Shown: in pieces, positions 61,601 to 64,000 of the stretch
Layout: every line of letters starts with the position of its first letter
How positions within the stretch are numbered: position 1 is the first letter of the stretch
Assembly: GCA_963770895.1 (NCBI GenBank)
Contig: CAVYRF010000001.1
Span: 1,952,001-2,016,000 of the forward strand
Reading direction: 5' to 3'
Origin: an uncultured Acidobacteriota bacterium
Lineage (GTDB): Bacteria > Acidobacteriota > Thermoanaerobaculia > Multivoradales > UBA5704
DNA length: 64,000 nt
Made by a program: the position numbers and the translations under genes
Notes under the pieces: generated by a model
Told to the model about the DNA's origin: nothing
Seen by the model: the letters and a program-made list of their open reading frames with translations, nothing else
Database searches by the model: none

Positions 61601-64000
61601 GATGAATAGCCACCGTGGCATCGTCAACCGCCTGCTGTGGATGCAGCAGCGCTACCGCCTGGCGGCCGACGACCGCGTGCTGCAGAAGACGCCGCTCAGC
61701 TTCGACGTCTCGGTGTGGGAGCTGTTCTGGCCGCTGCTCGCCGGCGCGCGGCTGGTCATGGCGCGCCCAGGCGGGCACCGCGATCCCGCGTACCTGCTCG
61801 CAGCCATCGCAGACCAGGCGATCACCACGGTGCACTTCGTGCCGGCGATGCTCGCCGCCTTTCTTGCCGCCGCCTCCGACGCGGTGGCGACGCCCGCCGG
61901 CCGCCGGCCCGACCTTTCGTCGTTGCGGCGCGTCCTGGCGAGCGGCGAGGCGCTGCCGTACGAGCTGCAGCAGGAGCACGCGGCACGCATCGCCGCGCCG
62001 CTGCACAACCTCTACGGGCCGACCGAAGCGGCGGTGGACGTGACCAGCTGGCAGACGGACCCGGCCGGCGCCCGCCGCCTGGTGCCGATCGGCCGGCCGG
62101 TCGCCAACACCTCGATCCACCTGCTCGATCGCGACGGGCGGCAGGTGCCGGTCGGCGCGGCAGGGGAGCTGCACATCGGCGGCGTGCAGGTCGGCCGCGG
62201 CTACCTGGGCCGCCCCGACCTGACCGCGGAGCGCTTCGTGCCCGCCGCCGTGCCAGCTGTGGCCGGCGATCCGCACGGAGCGCGCCTCTATCGGACGGGC
62301 GACCTGGCGCGCCACCTGGCCGACGGCGCGATCGACTACCTGGGGCGCCTGGACGGCCAGGTGAAGATCCGCGGCCTGCGCGTCGAGCTGGGCGAGATCG
62401 AAGCGGCGCTCGCCGCCCATCCGGCGGTGCGCGCCGCCGCCGTGGCGCTGCGCCCGCTGGCCGCCGCCGCGGGCGCGCCGGTCGCCCTGGTGGGCTACCT
62501 GGTCGCCGCCGCCTCTCCGGCCGCCGCCGACCGTTCTGCCGCGGCTCCAGCCCCTGCCGCCGCGCAAGCGGTTGCGGCGCCGGCGGAGGCCGCCGCCCTG
62601 CGGCAGTTCCTGGCGGCGCGGCTGCCGCGCCACATGCTGCCGGCGGCCCTGGTCTGGCTCCCCCAGCTGCCGCTTTCGCCCAGCGGCAAGGTGGACCGGG
62701 GCGCTCTGCCGCCGCCGCACCTGGCTGGCGGACGGGACGCCGCGGCGGCGGCGGCGCGGCTGCCGGAGTCGCCGAGCGAGCAGCTGGTGGCGGCCTGTTT
62801 TGGCGAGCTGCTGGGGGTCGAGCCGATCGGCCTGGACGACGACTTCTTCGCCCGCGGCGGGCACTCCCTGCTGGCGACGCGGCTGGTGTCGCGCCTGCGC
62901 CAGCTGCTGGGCGTCGAAGTGCCGCTGCGCGAGGTCTTCGAAGGCCCGACCGTCGCCGCGCTGGCCCATCGCATCGACAGGCTGCTGGCGGGCGGCGACG
63001 CCGCGGCAGCTGCGCCGCCCATCCGCCCGGCGCCGCGCGACCTGCCGCTGCCGCTCTCCTTTGCGCAGCAGCGCCTGTGGTTCCTCGATCAGCTGCAACC
63101 CGGCAGCCCGCTGTACAACCTGCCGCTGGCGCTCGGCCTGGACGGGGAGCTGGCGATCGCCGGCCTGCGCGCCGCCCTGGCCGCGCTCGTCGCTCGCCAG
63201 GAAGCGCTGCGCACGGTGTTTGCGGTTCCGGCCGGCGGCGGCGATCCGTTCCAGCGGATCCTGCCCGCCGCGCCCCAGCCGCTGCCGCTGGTCGATCTCA
63301 CCGGCCTGCCGGCGGCGCGGCGCGAGCCGCTGGCCCGCGAGCTTGCCGCGGCGACGGCGCTGCTGCCCTTCGACCTGGCGCGCGGACCTCTGGCGCGCGC
63401 CCGCCTGGTCCGCCTGGCGGAGCAGCGCCACGTGCTGCTCCTCGCCCTGCACCACATCGTCGGCGACGGCTGGTCGCTGGCGTTGATCGTCGACGAGATC
63501 GCCGCGCATTACACCGCCGCCGTCGCCGCCGTCGCCGCCGTCGCCGGCGTCGCCGACGTGGCCCGCCCCCTGCCCGCCTTGCCGGTGCAGTACGGCGACT
63601 TCGCGGTCTGGCAGCGCCGCTGGCTGCAGGGCGACGTGCTGCAGCACCAGCTGGACTATTGGCGCCGCCACCTTGCCGGCGCGCCGGCGCAGCTGGACCT
63701 GCCCCTGGATCGCCCGCGCCCGCCGGTGCAGAGCGGCCGCGGCGGCACCCGGCGCGCCGCCTTCGACGCCCGCCTGACCGAGGCGCTGCGGTGCCGGTCG
63801 CGCGCCGGCGGCGGCACGCTGTTCATGACCCTGCTGGCCGCCTTCCAGCTGCTCCTGGCGCGCCACGCCGGCCAGGACGACGTGGTGGTCGGCACCCCGA
63901 TCGCCAACCGCACCCGCGGCGAGATCGAAGGCGTCGTCGGCATGTTCGTCAACACCCTGGCGCTGCGCACCCGGATCGCGCCCGAAGCCGGCTTCGGTCA
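55671..64000 (+). CDS. Non-ribosomal peptide synthetase T-C-A-T-C-A-T-C..., 3' end outside the window
   Basis: Manual reading: GLDSL carrier (~55820); C domains HHLVAD (~56457), HHIVAD (~60060), HHIVGD (~63450); A domains YTSGSTGRPKG (~58035, ~61565); carriers GGHSL (~59347, ~62857). A2 code DVWHLSLVDK suggests Ser. Confidence 0.93.
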   Translation, partial: MRPICAPNAALRDAELPAGVLAAWLRGAAARALGIQPADVPLDRSLVGLGLDSLAAAELAAAIEADLAVPVSIADLLEGPSVTELAERIAVLQAADSPGSEAASSGEPGQEPKPEPSGALAQGGDAAPDRQPLRHALTQGQQALLALDRRSAGGAAYIISAAALIEGDLSVARLRAALAALMARHPALRATFHESAGETEQVVRDQAAFEWVEEAAEGWSDAQLRAWMAEQAHRPFDLEAGPVLRVALLGCGARRHRLVFAVHHLVADFGSLGILLADLRAHYGGAALPPPAPGASYAQVARREAAWVAGPEGQVQAAFWRGQFAGGVRALDLPADRPRPPLPSFRGGARGLRFDAEVSRSLAAVGREVGATPFMTLLAVYVALLHRLSGTEDFWVGTPAAGRRDADLDGVVGYFVNPVAVHARIGARPRFEELLRRQRAAALAAFAHQRLPFALAAAEVAGGHDPSRSPVFQTMFVLYRERAGDRGLAALAMGEGDTPLDLGGGVVVLRPAPLERRAAQLDLTLQMAEIDGCYAASLVYSDDLFDAATAARMLGQLRSLAEAVAAPGGRTVRVAELPLLSAAESHQLMVEWQGQAGAEPAGDGLCLHQLFERRAALTPAAVALVCEGAELTYGQLSRSANRLARHLRRFGVGPEVRVALCLERGIDLVVALLAVLKAGGAYVPLDPGYPRERLRFVAADALADVEHPVLITRRQLAGLFAPAAPAPDAAAPGAAAPGAAALDAAAFDAAARRPFRLLLVDGDRQAIAAESAQDLAAGAAPAALAYVIYTSGSTGRPKGVMVSHANVTRLLRQTERWYGFGARDVWPLCHSAAFDVSVWEIWGALLYGGRLVIVPYWASRAPNALHRLLVEQRVTVLNQTPSAFRQLIEADAAADAAARRDLALRWVIFAGEAIDLASLRPWVERHGEAAPRLANMYGITETTVHSTWRALTAADLDDPGRSPIGVGIADLSLYLLDAAAQPVPLGVPGEIHVGGAGVARGYLARPDLTAARFVPDAWAGAPGGGRLYRSGDLARWRPGGDLEYLGRMDHQVKIRGFRVELGEIEAALAVQPGVRAAAVTLWSPRSAGPAASGVSGGAVAAGEDARLVAYVVMGEERATQADGGSAARTATAVLPPTPAGQLRQALASRLPEHMVPASFVFLEAFPVTPSGKLDRRALPPPASDGRMDAAGWVAPRTAAEELVADLFAAVLAVGRVGAQDSFFALGGHSLLATRLVTRVRAVFGVDLVLRQVFEHPTVAELARLLTGMARLDHPRAPPLLPAARSESAPGAPAVAGPIPLSYAQERLWFLDRLVPRGAVYNLPGALRLRGPLDVPALAASLRAIVRRHQVLRTVYPAAAGNAPRQQVLADFTLPIPLVDLAGLGLGGADDGSDAHGMGDAIGAAGASGGTGDGVPAAHRVRQAAAWQVAVSLAREPFDLACGPLVRVHLLRLGAAHHLLILTLHHIVADGWSVGIFLRELAALYAACVAPARPALPALAPLPIAYADFARWQRAWMEGERLAAELAHWRRVLAGAPPRTELPADRPRPPAPSYRGGRTHVLLPPAALRDLRGVARQQGATLFMALLAAFDALIARHGGREDLVVGTPVANRERIETEGLIGCFVNSLPLRVSLAGRPHAGELVARVRQASLDAFAHQDLPFEKLVESLSPERDLTAPPVFQLMLVVQNAGDPHDPHGGDGGLRLELCAIDTATAKFDLLVEAVEAADGLRLGFEFSRDLFDAVTVKRFAAHFVTLAAALGGEPPLPIGELPLLTAGERQQLREWNDTAAAPPRHLCLHQLIEQQARRTPAAVAVVDGEGGSLTYAALDAAANRLARRLRHLGAGAETVVAVCAERSVALVVGLLAILKAGAAYLPLDPDYPAERLRFMRQDAGAPLLLTERRVAARLGEPLPPPAAASASASAGTVWLDDLDSDSEPWAPGKDQAGRPDGGLGATAAADNLAYVIYTSGSTGRPKGTMNSHRGIVNRLLWMQQRYRLAADDRVLQKTPLSFDVSVWELFWPLLAGARLVMARPGGHRDPAYLLAAIADQAITTVHFVPAMLAAFLAAASDAVATPAGRRPDLSSLRRVLASGEALPYELQQEHAARIAAPLHNLYGPTEAAVDVTSWQTDPAGARRLVPIGRPVANTSIHLLDRDGRQVPVGAAGELHIGGVQVGRGYLGRPDLTAERFVPAAVPAVAGDPHGARLYRTGDLARHLADGAIDYLGRLDGQVKIRGLRVELGEIEAALAAHPAVRAAAVALRPLAAAAGAPVALVGYLVAAASPAAADRSAAAPAPAAAQAVAAPAEAAALRQFLAARLPRHMLPAALVWLPQLPLSPSGKVDRGALPPPHLAGGRDAAAAAARLPESPSEQLVAACFGELLGVEPIGLDDDFFARGGHSLLATRLVSRLRQLLGVEVPLREVFEGPTVAALAHRIDRLLAGGDAAAAAPPIRPAPRDLPLPLSFAQQRLWFLDQLQPGSPLYNLPLALGLDGELAIAGLRAALAALVARQEALRTVFAVPAGGGDPFQRILPAAPQPLPLVDLTGLPAARREPLARELAAATALLPFDLARGPLARARLVRLAEQRHVLLLALHHIVGDGWSLALIVDEIAAHYTAAVAAVAAVAGVADVARPLPALPVQYGDFAVWQRRWLQGDVLQHQLDYWRRHLAGAPAQLDLPLDRPRPPVQSGRGGTRRAAFDARLTEALRCRSRAGGGTLFMTLLAAFQLLLARHAGQDDVVVGTPIANRTRGEIEGVVGMFVNTLALRTRIAPEAGFG

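Noticed and set aside
55980-63866. 2628-aa minus-strand ORF, and other long ORFs such as 7688-11707, 3827-7153 and 15631-17856
   Set aside because: Antisense shadows of real genes in high-GC DNA; no recognisable motifs.

Overview
Very GC-rich (roughly 70%+ by eye) bacterial chromosomal segment. Gene content suggests an Acidobacteriota-like (possibly Thermoanaerobaculia) organism; this is inference. Left part (1-12.5 kb, all minus strand), in transcription order: stand-alone VioB-N-terminus-like protein, TonB-dependent receptor, TolC/CzcC-like outer-membrane factor, tandem-duplicated membrane-fusion protein, CusA/CzcA RND pump, orphan KdpE-like response regulator, an unannotated 57-aa Cys/Thr-rich RiPP-precursor-like ORF, and a GT2-GT4 glycosyltransferase. 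Next come an NDP-sugar epimerase and a 1520-aa NLR-like DUF4062-CHAT-STAND-TPR protein with eight near-identical 123-bp repeats. A housekeeping block follows (folA, thyA, PPIase, B12-binding protein, RomR-like regulator, valS, birA, coaX, miaA, hfq, dnaE, tRNA nucleotidyltransferase, rsmD). From 40.4 to 53 kb is an accessory zone: an IS630 inserted in a stop codon, one intact and several decayed toxin-antitoxin modules, deletion-riddled pseudogenes, and an intact lower-GC unknown-protein + Nudix pair. The right end holds an APC permease, a PhnB/VOC protein, a second unannotated precursor-like ORF with the same LxLxRx5L leader, and, divergent from it, an NRPS (T-C-A-T-C-A-T-C...) running off the window. 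No rRNA, tRNA or CRISPR array was seen. Best candidates for new biology: the dispersed orphan precursor peptides (one inside an import/export operon, one head-to-head with the NRPS), the dual-effector NLR-like protein, and the unknown + Nudix cassette.
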